A stretch of 64,000 nt of DNA from Antechinus flavipes (taxonomy: Eukaryota), in the NCBI RefSeq assembly GCF_016432865.1, contig NC_067398.1, forward strand, positions 653,232,001 to 653,296,000, read 5' to 3'. Positions 12,101-22,215 of this stretch are shown here, piece by piece. The notes beneath the pieces were generated by a model that was given only the letters and a program-made list of their open reading frames with translations, was not told the DNA's origin and ran no database searches. Numbering within the stretch: position 1 is the first letter of the stretch; each line of letters begins with the position of its first letter. Both the position numbers and the translations under genes were made by a program.

Positions 12101-15100
12101 TATATAGTGAGCTTGTCATTTTTATCCAGAGATATAACAACAAATGCCACTACTATCAACTTTAATAAAGTTACTAATATATGCTGCATATTATTTTGTT
12201 AGAAGATAAGAGTTTTATATCAAATTGAACCAAAACTTTAATTACTTTAGGAGAATATCTTCTAGACACAAAATCCCATGCCTGTGGCCACTCTTAAAAG
12301 AAGCAGCCTCTCCCATAAGAAAGCATTCTTCTGCATCAAGGTGAGATGGGCAAAACTGATTTTATTGATCTCTGCTTCTTTTTGTAGGGCTGGAAGGATA
12401 TAGAAAGATGTCTTGAACTTTCAGATACTAAGCTGATCTAATGTGCTGATCCTTATGCTTCCAGCAGTCTGGAATTTGTAGGTCACTCTCCCAAAATGGA
12501 GAAGGGAAAATAAAGTGGTCTCAAAGGCACAAGTCTTTTGAGCATGTTGACAATAATCAAAATAGTTTTGAGTAGTGATTATTGGTTTTGTTTTCAATGG
12601 CTGAAACAAATTATTTTTAGAAACTAAATATGACAAAATGTGCATTCTTTGAGCACTCAAAGTTTAGAGGCAATAAAAGATCTGAAAAGAAGAAAAATGT
12701 ATTTTCTTAATACTTTTGAAATAGCTTCCTAAACCTATATAGATAAAACTTTAGAAAAAAATATAATTTGCTACTCAGTCATGTCTGACTCTGTGACCTC
12801 ATTTTGGGGGTTTTCTTGGCAAAGATACTGGAGTGGTTTGCTCCTTCCTTCTCCAGCTCATTTTAAAGATGAGAAAACAGGAAAATAGGATCGAGTGTCT
12901 TGCTCAGCTAGTAAGTGTCTGGGGCCACATCTGAACTCACTTCTTCCTGACTTCAGGCCCAGTGTTCTATCTGCTGAGCCACCTAGTTTCCCCAAAATAT
13001 AATTGGAGCCATGGTAAAATTTCAACCATCTCGAAATTTCATCCGAAGGAGTCATTTACCTACTGCAAATATCAAAATGTTTTATTTTGTCATTTGTGAT
13101 AGAAATCCGTCTTCAATCAACACTTATTAAGTCTGTACAGTGGACAAGGCATTGCACTGATATAGCTTTCCAACTTTTGAACCTGGTAAGAATCATCAAG
13201 GTGACTATGGAGCAATACAGTAATCTCAGTCAGAAGAGGGGCTATTTGCCTCTTTTCTAAATGGTTCCAAACAGCCACGTTTTTAAAATTCTCAGGTTAG
13301 TTTAAACAACTTCTATGATCATCTTTAAGTACCTATATACCCTTCTAATTTCTAGGTTTGGAAGTCAGATAATCAAATTTCTTAAAATTGTATACAAGTC
13401 AAAAAGTAAACAGAACCAGAGCACCTGAAAAGGTATTATCTTACAAGTGTATAAACTTTATACCTGCATGAATTTTACATTTAAAGTCTGTTTTCCTAGA
13501 AGCATTTTATCCTTCCTAGTGATATTTATCTTTATTCTGGACAAGGGAAGCTCTCGGGTAACACAGTTCTGGACATTTAAGTGTTAGTGGACATAATTTG
13601 TATAGCTATGTAAATAAAATTTTTATTTCTAAAAATAAAATTTATTTTCATTTCAAATCTATATTCTTCTTTGTACTTGGCATGAGCATACTATAACATG
13701 GGTATAAGACACCTTGTACAAAAAAGCTACTTAGTAAATATTTGTTGTAATTAATGGAATATGTGAAATCAACAACTTATCTTCATCACAGTAGTAAATC
13801 TCCTTTAAAGAGTGCAAATACAATTACAAAAATAAATATAATTATGAGTAAAATAACTCTTACCATAGACAATAAAGTTTAGTGCTATCTAGAAATCCCT
13901 TCCCATTGGTTTTATGTATTAAGGCCTGCAAATTAAGATGATACTGATACTCTTACCACCTTGTTCTGTAACTTGTCATTTCTGAGTCCTTACTCTCCTT
14001 TGCTTTACTTATTGGACAAGGGTTAGGTTTTGTATAAAGATCCCAGGCTCGTGAAGAGGGGAGACTGGGAATAATTATAAATCAAATAATTAAGATGATA
14101 TAAGAAGGAAAATGAAAAACAATTTGAAAACCAATTAGAGGTAGGAAGGACAGTATAATGAAGTCAGAGAAGGCCTGTAAATCCACTTCTGATTCTGATA
14201 GCTATCAAAATCCCTTTTCTTGGAGGTAAATTTATAAGGATTCCTGGGTCCTTTCTAAATCTTATGATTCAAAGTGACTTGCCCAAATTTACCTAGATAA
14301 GTAGCAAATACAGAACCTGAATCAGGTCTCCCAATTCCTAATCCAACTATTAAAACTCAGCAAAATCTTACATATTCGCATTACTATACTTTTCACTGTG
14401 ATACACAGTAAATTCTCAAGTTCTACAGCAAATTGTAAAAAACTCTCACTTAGAATTATTTAAGTTGAAAATCTATTGGGGATATCAAAAAACCACAAAG
14501 AATTTGCATTAAGCACAATATTTAAAATGTTTTTATATTATTTCTAAAAAATACCAACTTTAAGCTCATTAATTAGGATTTAAATGCCTTGATAAAAATA
14601 ACACCAGTATAATTAAATGTTATTTTTTTTCTGGTGCTAAGAGCTGTTTCCCTCTTAAAGCAGTATTTAAAATAACAAATATCAAGTAATCAGATACCTA
14701 ATACTACACTTGGAAGATGTATGTTACCAAGATCTTACTAATCATAGCAACTCCTTCGTGAGGTAAGTATTTTTCCTCACTGAAATGAGTGCAAGTGAGA
14801 GAGATATTTAGTTAGTTGCTGAAGGTCACAGGGTGAGTCACTGGAGTGCCAGGATAAACTTGAAGTTCTTGGCTCTAACCACTAAAAAAATACATGGGGA
14901 CAAACGAATCTCAAAGCCACTTAATAAGGATATACTACTTTTTAAAAATGAGTGTGTGCTCTGGGTTCATAGAACAATTTCTCTGCCAAAGCAAAGTAGG
15001 CAGCTGACCTCTGCTCTAGCCACTAAAAAAAATGCCCCCACCCTTTTAAAAAAAGAATTGTCTCTTTACCTGAACATCTTCATAACTTATCTTGCTCCAG

Positions 15101-16314
15101 GAGGGAGACAAGAAAAAAATATATAAATTACGTAGCAAAGTAATCAAAGGTTATCCTTCCATAATAAAAACAATTGTAGCTAATTAATGGTGCTTGTAAT
15201 GGCACTGGAAAGAGCAAACTAATAGCTAGATATCTGATATAGGTTCCTTCCCAGGGAACTTGCATTTGCTATCACAATTACACGCAACAAACACAAACCC
15301 TTGCTACCAATCAATCTGCAGGGAAATACGATAAAATAATACTTCCAAATGAGTGACTCTGTTATTAATTTCATGAAAGAGACCAAAGATGGCCCAAGGG
15401 GGCCGTTCCTAGATCTTTACAGGCACTAAGGAGAAATGGATGAGAGATACAACTAGGGTACAAATCCTTCGGTAGAGAAAAATCCATGCCTCGGGCAGTC
15501 CTGCCCTCTCCACCTCGTGCCCCAAGAATGAATGTCTCGGGAGGAGACGCCGGAGCAAGCCCACCCCACTGGGAGGATGGAGGGGGAAGGAGCGCCCAGG
15601 GGCCTTCCCAAAGAGACGTGGGGAGGCCTGCACCCCTCTTCTTGTATGGGTCAGATGCGGCCTGCCCCCCAGTAGCCACACGCCCCAGCCTACCATTCCC
15701 GACCCCCGCTAGGGAACCAGCAAGTGATGAGGGCCCCCAGGCGGGGGCGGGGGCTAGGGCGGCAGCACCCCCCACTTCCTGTCACTGGCACCGCTAGACC
15801 CCCCGCGCCCCCGCCTCCCGGGGGCGTCCCCACACCACCACCCCCGGGCCTCCGGGCTCCAGCTGACAGTCCCGTCTGGGGGCAAGGCCATGGGCAGCAC
15901 AAGGAGGTCCCAGGCCAGGGCCGCCCGCCTCCCTCCACACGCACCTCCGAGACTCGACTCGGCGTTTTGGCGCCAAATGTCCCGGGGAGCGGGGAGGGCG
16001 GCGGCGGCAGCTACGCCAGACGGGGCCCTCGCGGACCGACGCCCCCGGAGGGACCCGCGGCCGCGAGCCCAGCCAACGGCCAACCGCCGGCGCGCGCGAG
16101 TCATCCGCCCTGACTCGGGTCCCGGCCCGGCACCGGCCGGGCCTGTCAAGCCGCCGGCGCGCGGCTGCCCCGGCCCAGTCCGGCCCGGCCCAGTGCGGCC
16201 CGAGCTCCGGTAGTCCGGGGCGAGCGATACTTACCGTCTGCGGACCTCCTCCGGCAGCAGGAGCGCGGGCGAGCCCGGCGCGGCCACCGGGGCCGGGCCA
16301 GTGCGGGCGGGCAT
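50..16314 (-). CDS. DNMT1: DNA (cytosine-5)-methyltransferase 1, 5' part (10 coding exons; 3' part lies beyond the left edge)
   Basis: Exons 16314-16235, 8494-8452, 8070-7963, 7745-7502, 6836-6764, 6266-6182, 3222-3182, 1613-1565, 906-823 and 159-50 join in frame. They give MPARTGPAP...EEVRRRLKDLEK (DMAP1-binding region), [13 protein letters not shown] box QPTIVSLF, and the RFTS start [25 protein letters not shown]...[29 protein letters not shown]. Confidence 0.97.
540..797 (+). mobile_element. L2 LINE 3' fragment
   Basis: taagctc...agggcagggactg...tatccctagtg...ttaatcaataattgttg resembles the L2 3' end; boundaries approximate. Confidence 0.55.
823..906 (-). CDS. DNMT1: DNMT1 coding exon 9 (RFTS start, CxxC zinc ligands)
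   Basis: 84 nt, cctgtag|...|gtaagt; [28 protein letters not shown]. Confidence 0.97.
1565..1613 (-). CDS. DNMT1: DNMT1 coding exon 8
   Basis: 49 nt, ttttatacag|...|gtaaga; (G)[16 protein letters not shown]; phase 2 to 0 fits neighbours; resembles recalled chicken SEIKDEITQVKTSTPAK. Confidence 0.85.
1890..2545 (+). mobile_element. L1 LINE 3' fragment (ORF2 end and 3' UTR)
   Basis: tggaaaacaattggaactgtgccc...ctagatctataccccaaagat...tcaattagggagtggctgaaaaagttgtgg is decayed L1 ORF2 C-terminus. Confidence 0.8.
3182..3222 (-). CDS. DNMT1: DNMT1 coding exon 7
   Basis: 41 nt, cccttttag|...|gtaagg; [13 protein letters not shown](G); phase 0 to 2. Confidence 0.85.
4050..5710 (+). mobile_element. 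Decayed L2 LINE
   Basis: Pyrimidine-rich L2-like segments (ctctcatgggtttaactat, catctcaaactaaac) ending in the L2 tail aaataaatacttgttgaat; boundaries approximate. Confidence 0.55.
6182..6266 (-). CDS. DNMT1: DNMT1 coding exon 6
   Basis: 85 nt, tgacag|...|gtaact; (G)[28 protein letters not shown]. Confidence 0.9.
6764..6836 (-). CDS. DNMT1: DNMT1 coding exon 5 (PCNA-binding PIP box)
   Basis: 73 nt, ttttaaacag|...|gtcagt; [24 protein letters not shown](G). Confidence 0.93.
7502..7745 (-). CDS. DNMT1: DNMT1 coding exon 4
   Basis: 244 nt, ctctag|...|gtaatc; [22 protein letters not shown]...MEEATGSS...[10 protein letters not shown]. Confidence 0.96.
7963..8070 (-). CDS. DNMT1: DNMT1 coding exon 3
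   Basis: 108 nt, ctccag|...|gtaagt; [36 protein letters not shown]. Confidence 0.97.
8205..8335 (-). mobile_element. MIR/Mar1-type CORE SINE
   Basis: ttttacaaatgaggaaacagaggc...aaggtcacgcagccagcaagtatctgag CORE sequence. Confidence 0.7.
8452..8494 (-). CDS. DNMT1: DNMT1 coding exon 2
   Basis: 43 nt, ttttcag|...|gtaatt; (R)[14 protein letters not shown]. Confidence 0.95.
8685..8890 (-). mobile_element. Mar1-type marsupial SINE
   Basis: gtcattcagtcatatctgact...ttttcttgacaaagatactg tail plus CORE. Confidence 0.75.
10188..10336 (+). mobile_element. Young marsupial tRNA-derived CORE SINE (WSINE1-like) with target-site duplication
   Basis: gggagctaggtggcgcagtggacagagcaccagccctgaagtcaggaggacctgagttcaaat...A tail; TSD tgcatttaatc at 10177-10187 and 10337-10347. 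Confidence 0.88.
11662..11857. other. Assembly gap (196 N) in DNMT1 intron 1
   Basis: Run of N; the right flank is a SINE 5' end on the minus strand. Confidence 1.
12770..12990 (-). mobile_element. Mar1-type SINE
   Basis: cagtcatgtctgactc...ttttcttggcaaagatactggagtggtttg...cacctagtttccc. Confidence 0.8.
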
Positions 16315-16660
16315 CTCGCGTGTCCAAGCGTGGAGCAGAGAGGGAGACCTGGGGGGGCGGGGGAGACGGAAGGGAACCGGCTCCAGCCGCGCAGTGGATA
16401 GCGCGCGGACCGCCGGCTTTTCGCGCGGAAACCAGAACCGCCGATGCTGGGGGTGGGAAGGGGGATAGGAGAGGGATATACCAATTGGGAGGGGGGTGGC
16501 TGGCCGGCGACGGGGCGGGGGCGCCTGAGCAACCATTCCGGGAAGGACTGAACCAAACTCAAAGGCCCGAAGGGGGGTTTTGGGGAATGGAGGCCCCGGC
16601 CCGGGTTCCGACTCTCCTCCCCTCCAGGGCAGTCCCCTCCGAACCCCGCCCCACGCGGCG
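15480..16660. promoter_or_regulatory. DNMT1 promoter CpG island
   Basis: Very GC/CpG-dense. Double E2F site TTTTCGCGCGGAAA 16418-16431, CCAATTGG near 16482, GC boxes, TTCCGGGAA 16536-16544. Confidence 0.9.
16235..16314 (-). CDS. DNMT1: DNMT1 somatic exon 1 coding part
   Basis: 80 nt from the [29 protein letters not shown](R)|gtaagt, inside a CpG island. Confidence 0.97.
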
Positions 16661-17103
16661 CTGCTAGAAAAGGATGAAGGAGATCGATATATGTCATCTA
16701 GTGGTGCCGGAGAAGAGAGCAGAGCGGCCTGTACCATGGGCAGCAAAGAGAGAGGGGAAGAAGAAATGGACTGACCCAAAACCTCTCGGGAATTCCAGGG
16801 CAAGGTTGAAGGAGAAGGGGAAAGGTAGCCATTAGACCCTGATGTTGTCGGAGAAGGTTGGATCCTGAGGACCCATCTCTACCTCTAGATGGAAGCTGAA
16901 ATTTCTCCAACACAGCCTGTCTGCACTCTAAGCTTAGCCCCTGCGTGTAGTCAGCCTGTATGTTCAAACCTTGCATGTAGTCGGTTTGTTTGGTCAGTCG
17001 CTGCCTACAGTCAGCTTGTCTTGTCCAGTCATTCCCTCTGACTAGGTGACCCTCCGACTGCAGACTGTCTGCTCAGCCCCTTCCTCTTTGGTCAGCCACT
17101 GCC

Positions 17104-17622
17104 TGTTAGAATCCTTACAAAGTGTTAACTCACTGGAATTGATAGAAACAATGTTTAAGTTTACACCTTTGAGAGGTCACACATTAGCTCATACATTAGA
17201 GTTCACAAGTCTGGGAGATTCACAAAGTTACATCTCCCACAATCCCCCTCTCTCAGAGGACCAGTCAACCTTTGGGTTCACACCTTTTAAGAGATCATAT
17301 ATAAGAAGCTCTTAGAGTCAGTCAGTGAGGAGTCAGTAGGGTAAGTCAGTTGAGAAGAGAACTGGAGATTCAAGAGAGCTGGAGGCGACAAAAGAAGCTG
17401 CAAGAGTTCTTGGAACCAAGGAGGGAGAGAGGCCTCTAAGAAAACTAATCGGGCTATTTTGGAAGAGATAATAAAGGATTTGAACTTTTAACAGTTGGCT
17501 GCATTTGAGGTGATTATTGATCTGAACTGAAACTAAGGCTGCTCCCAGAAGCCCCCCCCCCCCAAAAAAAAAAACCTCCTCCCAGAAAACCATCATATTT
17601 TAGAAAAGAAGAGATCACCACA
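17104..17622 (+). mobile_element. Solo ERV LTR
   Basis: TG...CA termini, flanking actgcc/actgct TSD (1 mismatch), TATATAA 17298-17304, AATAAA 17470-17475; 519 bp. Confidence 0.8.
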
Positions 17623-20600
17623 ACTGCTTACAGTCAGCTTGTCTGGTCCAGCCATTTTTTTTCTGTCTACTAAACCCCTAACAGACTGTCTTTTCCATCA
17701 CTACTTTTATTCAGCCTTTCTCTGTCCAGCCAGTCGCTCTATATTGATAGTTATTCTATCAACCAAACATAAACATTACATCTTGTCAACTATTGCCTAA
17801 CAGTCAATGTGGGTCAGTCTGTCTTATCAACTACCTGTCAGTCAACCTCATCTGTCAGTGTCAGTCTTTTTAGCATCAATTAATTTACTTAGTCAATGTC
17901 AGCATCATAAAAACTTAGGGTTCAGTTCAAAGGTAAGAGATCATGTCATCCAACTCTCATTTTATAAAGGAGACAACTGAGGCAACAAGATCAATCAACT
18001 TGTTCAGTGAGGATGCGTTGGCCTGTCAGTATCAGTCAGTTGATGCAATTCATTAGCTCCTATCGCCCATTTGATGATGCTGGATGTCTAAGAGTCAGCA
18101 GACCTCAAAATCTTATTGCAATTAATTAACTTTCGCATTTTTAGAGATTCTTTCAAAAGCTCTGGGCTTGAACCTGAAGACTTCCATCCTATAACTGACC
18201 CCCCCCCTTTTTTTTTTCTTATTCACTAAGGGAAAGGAAAGAAAACTATGCAAACTGGCATTCTAGGCTGTTAGTAAGTAAATTTTAGTGGAAAAGTGCA
18301 GAACTAGAAAAGGCTTCAAGCTAATGCAAGAGTTTTCACTTGGAACATTTTTCCTGTTCCCAATTACAGCCGCTTGCTGGGATCCCAGGGGTAGAGGCAG
18401 AGTTCAGAAGTGGAACAGTCAAGAATCTGAGTCTCAGCCAAACCAAGGTCAGACACAGTAGGAAATGTACATTGCCAGTGACATAATGGCCAGTCAGCCA
18501 GAAGACCAATGAGCTGAGTCATCAACAAAGCAGTAGGGTTAGTTACCCACATGGACTGGCAGCTTGACTGAGTTCCCTCTCTCAAAGGTAGAGGACAGTA
18601 AATGTAAACAAGTCCAGGGGCCTTGAACTGTTAGCACCTCCCCTTCTCAGCCCAACAGAACCAAAGAGCAACCCAGACAAGCCAGCCTTCAGTGTCCAAA
18701 GCTCCTTTGGGCTTTGAATGACCCTATTCCCACACCTCTGACTCAATCAAGCTATTGAGTTTTGTATAAACTAATGCCCCAGGACTCTCTCACTGAAATG
18801 CAGTAGAAAAAGCCTGGTGGAATACCCCCTCTTACCTGCTGAACTGGGTATTCTAGTCTTGTCTGGGGCCCAGAGTAGGTTTGAGAGTCGTGTGTATGGA
18901 GGAATGGGGTACAGGATCAGATTCCCTGACCTATCCCCAAACTATGACATGGGGTGTGGCCCCAGACTTTCTCCAGAACATTTTGTATCCATGCTCAGCT
19001 CCCCACTTTTTTCTGGGCCTGGCTTATGGGAACCACTCTGTCCTCCACAAAATTGGAGGAAATAGGTCATTCCATCTCTATGGGACAGTTCTGGATTAAA
19101 GAAAGCTGACTCAAAAGTCTTTTTTCCATCATTGGGACTTGGGGTCAATGTTGCTAACATTCCACAGAGAGGGAAAATGAGGCACAAAATAAGGGATAAA
19201 CTACAGAACTCAATGGCTCATTTTAAAATGAGTTTCCAAGTGCCACATGCAAGCATCTCTTCAAAATTCCCCCACCATAGCCCCACCCAAATGCCATATG
19301 GGGTTGTATCCACTGGAGGAGCTGCTCTCCAATGCCTCTGGCCAAAAGCTCAACTTTCTAAACAAAGTTGTCTCCAAAATCTCATTCTTCCTGATCTTAA
19401 GTGGAGTTGGAGGCCCTGGGAGGGGTTAGTCTAAAAAGAGTATGTGCCTAAGCCAAGAGGGCACCTTGAGTGTCTTTGTGAAACTCAGATCTTTTTCTAT
19501 CTCTCTGTACAGGTTTTTTTTTAGTATCTGTATGTGTAGAATAGCTGTGTGTATGCAATACACTCTCTTCTTTTTTCTGTACCTAAAAATAGGAAATAGG
19601 TGTTTTCTTTGGGGTTGTCTCCTTACATACATATTTAAGAGCACTCCTTATGTGGTTTAGTTGTATATTGCTGAGTATTAGCAAAAAAATAGAGATTCAT
19701 GATTTGGAGAACTATTCTCACCTTCATCCCAACTGCCCAAACTCTGGGGAGGAAATCTGAAGTTCACCGTTAGGAGCTTCCTCACTTTATGCCCAGTGTA
19801 AATAGAAAGAGAAAATCAAGTTATCCTGGAACCCAAGAAGGCGGGCTGACTAGGGAGGGGTTCTAGAAGTCATACATCTGGAGCTTTTCCATGCCTTAGT
19901 TGGAGTTGTCAGCCTTTACCTTCCTCTGGGGATGAGGGGATGGGAGAATGGCCATCTGTAGTGGTGGTGACGGATAGAAAATCACCGCTCTTCTTTTCCT
20001 CCTAAAAAAGAGGGGGGTGTGGATGGTTTAAAAGGACACTAAAAGTCTGGATGCCTGGATTCTCTTCAGCTGTCCTTGGAAAGGAGGTGGTGCTTCCTCT
20101 GTGCTTCAGTTTCCCCATAATCCTGAAGGGGGGATTGTTCCAGAAGAATGCCCTATCAGTGGGGGGTAGGGGGCCCGCAAAGGGAAGGAATGTCTTTTCA
20201 GGGAGTGGCCCAATGTGTATCAAACCAGCCTCCAGAGAACATGGTGTTCCCAACTTTGTTGAATGTACGTTCAACTCCCCTATCCTGCTGACAAATGCCT
20301 ACGGAAAAGTCCCCAGACGGCAGTAAATGTTAGGGAATCAATAAATCATTAGGGTTTTTTTTTTGAGGGGTGGCTACCTTGAGTGAAAGGACAAATCCGT
20401 TTAGAAGCCACCAAGATCCAATCTTTAGGATATGGGGAGGGGCCTAATAGGAGCAAAAAAGAGGGAGGTTTCTAGGGCCCTCTCCCCCCCCTCCCCAGTC
20501 ACCCGGTAGCAACCAAGATAGGGAGGCAGACAACCCACCCCCACCCATAACCCCTGAATAGATATGTGTCCAGAGGCTGACTCCTCAAAGCCTGGATATA

Positions 20601-20685
20601 AAGGTCTCCTTCACCCCGAGCAGCAGGACCCCCGCAGAAGACAGTGCTCAAAATGGAGACCCTGAGAGAAGTCAAACTGAACTAT

Positions 20686-20691
20686 TTTAAT
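20686..20691 (-). terminator. Candidate S1PR2 polyadenylation signal (ATTAAA)
   Basis: First canonical-type hexamer I found on the minus strand after the stop; U-rich sequence follows; not confirmed. Confidence 0.35.
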
Positions 20692-21045
20692 CAATCCAAG
20701 GTCGGGCTCTTTGGGAAGGGAGAGCTATTTGGGATTTCCCAAGGCAGACATGGTCCGTAGTCTGTCCCTCTCCCCCCTTTTTTTCTTCATTGCAATTGTC
20801 TTTGGTAAAAAGTCTCAGAGTCCCTTGAGAACCTTTTTGCCCATTAGTGACAACAGGGTCCGGGTGAGATCCTGATCCCACCCCCAATGGGAATGACTTT
20901 CTAGTCATTCAGGAGCCTTAGGACCGGAAGGAGAGAACTGTTTCTCCCTCCCCTTGGGTTACTTCAACAAAGACCAGAGAAACAAAAATGTGGAACATTA
21001 AAATTACAAGTCACTGAGAAAAAACAAAGGGGTGGGGGGATGGAG

Positions 21046-21050
<5 letters not shown>

Positions 21051-21091
<41 letters not shown>
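21051..21091. repeat. (CA)n microsatellite
   Basis: About 20 perfect CA units. Confidence 0.97.
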
Positions 21092-21094
<3 letters not shown>

Positions 21095-21371
21095 AAAGCA
21101 TATGCTCTCACAGATATAAATATACATTTTCATTTGTACCGTTTGGTTCCCTTTCATCCACAGGATACCAGATTTTTTTCTGTGGATTTAGGGGGTGTGG
21201 AAGGACAGCAAGCCTCAGGGCATTCATTCTTCCAACTCCCATTCAATAGAACTTGAACTGGGTAATAGCCAGTCAGCTAGGGTTGGAAGTGTTCTACAGG
21301 AAATGATAGCTTGTAGGGGTGGGCAAAGAATGAATAAATGGGGAGGCAAGCCACGAGGACAGAAGGAAGAC

Positions 21372-21695
21372 TGAACTTGGGGTCCCTGGTGAACATAGCA
21401 TGTGACCCCCACAAGAACTAAGCCCAGTCTGGAATGTCAGGAGTACTCCCCTCCTCCCCAGACTGCTCTAACCAGGGAGGGGGGGAAGATGACAGAAGAC
21501 CTGCAGGGGGAACCTGGCTCTGGGGGTCCCTGGTGAGAGTAGCCTGTGACCCCCACAAGAGCTAATCCCAGTTTTTTTCACCTCTAATCTGGGATGTCAG
21601 GAGTACTCCCCTACTCCCCAAACCGGTCTAACCAGTGATGGGGGGGGGGAGGAGATGACAGGGAAGACCTGAGGGGGAACCTGGCTCCTGGGGGG
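21372..21695. repeat. Diverged ~145-170 bp tandem duplication in the putative S1PR2 3' UTR
   Basis: ggggtccctggtga...tgtgacccccacaaga...atgtcaggagtactcccc...tctaaccag...agatgacag...aagacctg...gggggaacctggctc occurs twice, plus a partial third start. Confidence 0.85.
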
Positions 21696-22215
21696 AGGCC
21701 TTCCACAGATGGGCCTCCTCCCTGTTCCCCCAATCCTCCACATCAAGTCTGGAACTTCAGCTTCTTCTCCCTTCATTCCCCACCTCCCTCCAGCAGTGTA
21801 CTTAGCCACAGAAGCCCAGAATGGGGCTTGCACCCTCCCCCTTCCCATCTTGTGATTTCCCAGCATGTGGTGGGGTGAGGAAAGGAAGGAGCTATAACTG
21901 TCAGCTGTCAGATTTGGGGAAGCTGTGGACTTGTGCAGTTGGAAGGACAGAGAGGGAGGAGTCCCTGAGCCCTGCAGAAACTGGAAAAATGGAAATTAAA
22001 GGCATTAGCTATTTACACAAGGGAAGGAACAAGGAAGGGGGGTAGCAAACAGGAGGCGCTACCTGGGCAGTGGGAACCACCTCAGCTCCTTACAGCTCTC
22101 CACTCTGACATCAGGCTTTTGGGAAAGAGCGTTTTGTCTCACCTCCCATCCCCGGCCCCTCTTGCCCCGAGACCCCGTTGTGGTTCCCAAGATGCACCTG
22201 CTGACAGCCACCCCC

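Noticed and set aside
15371-16803. Many 100-190 aa ORFs around DNMT1 exon 1
   Set aside because: Pro/Gly/Arg-rich artefacts of a stop-poor CpG island; only 16235-16314 is coding.
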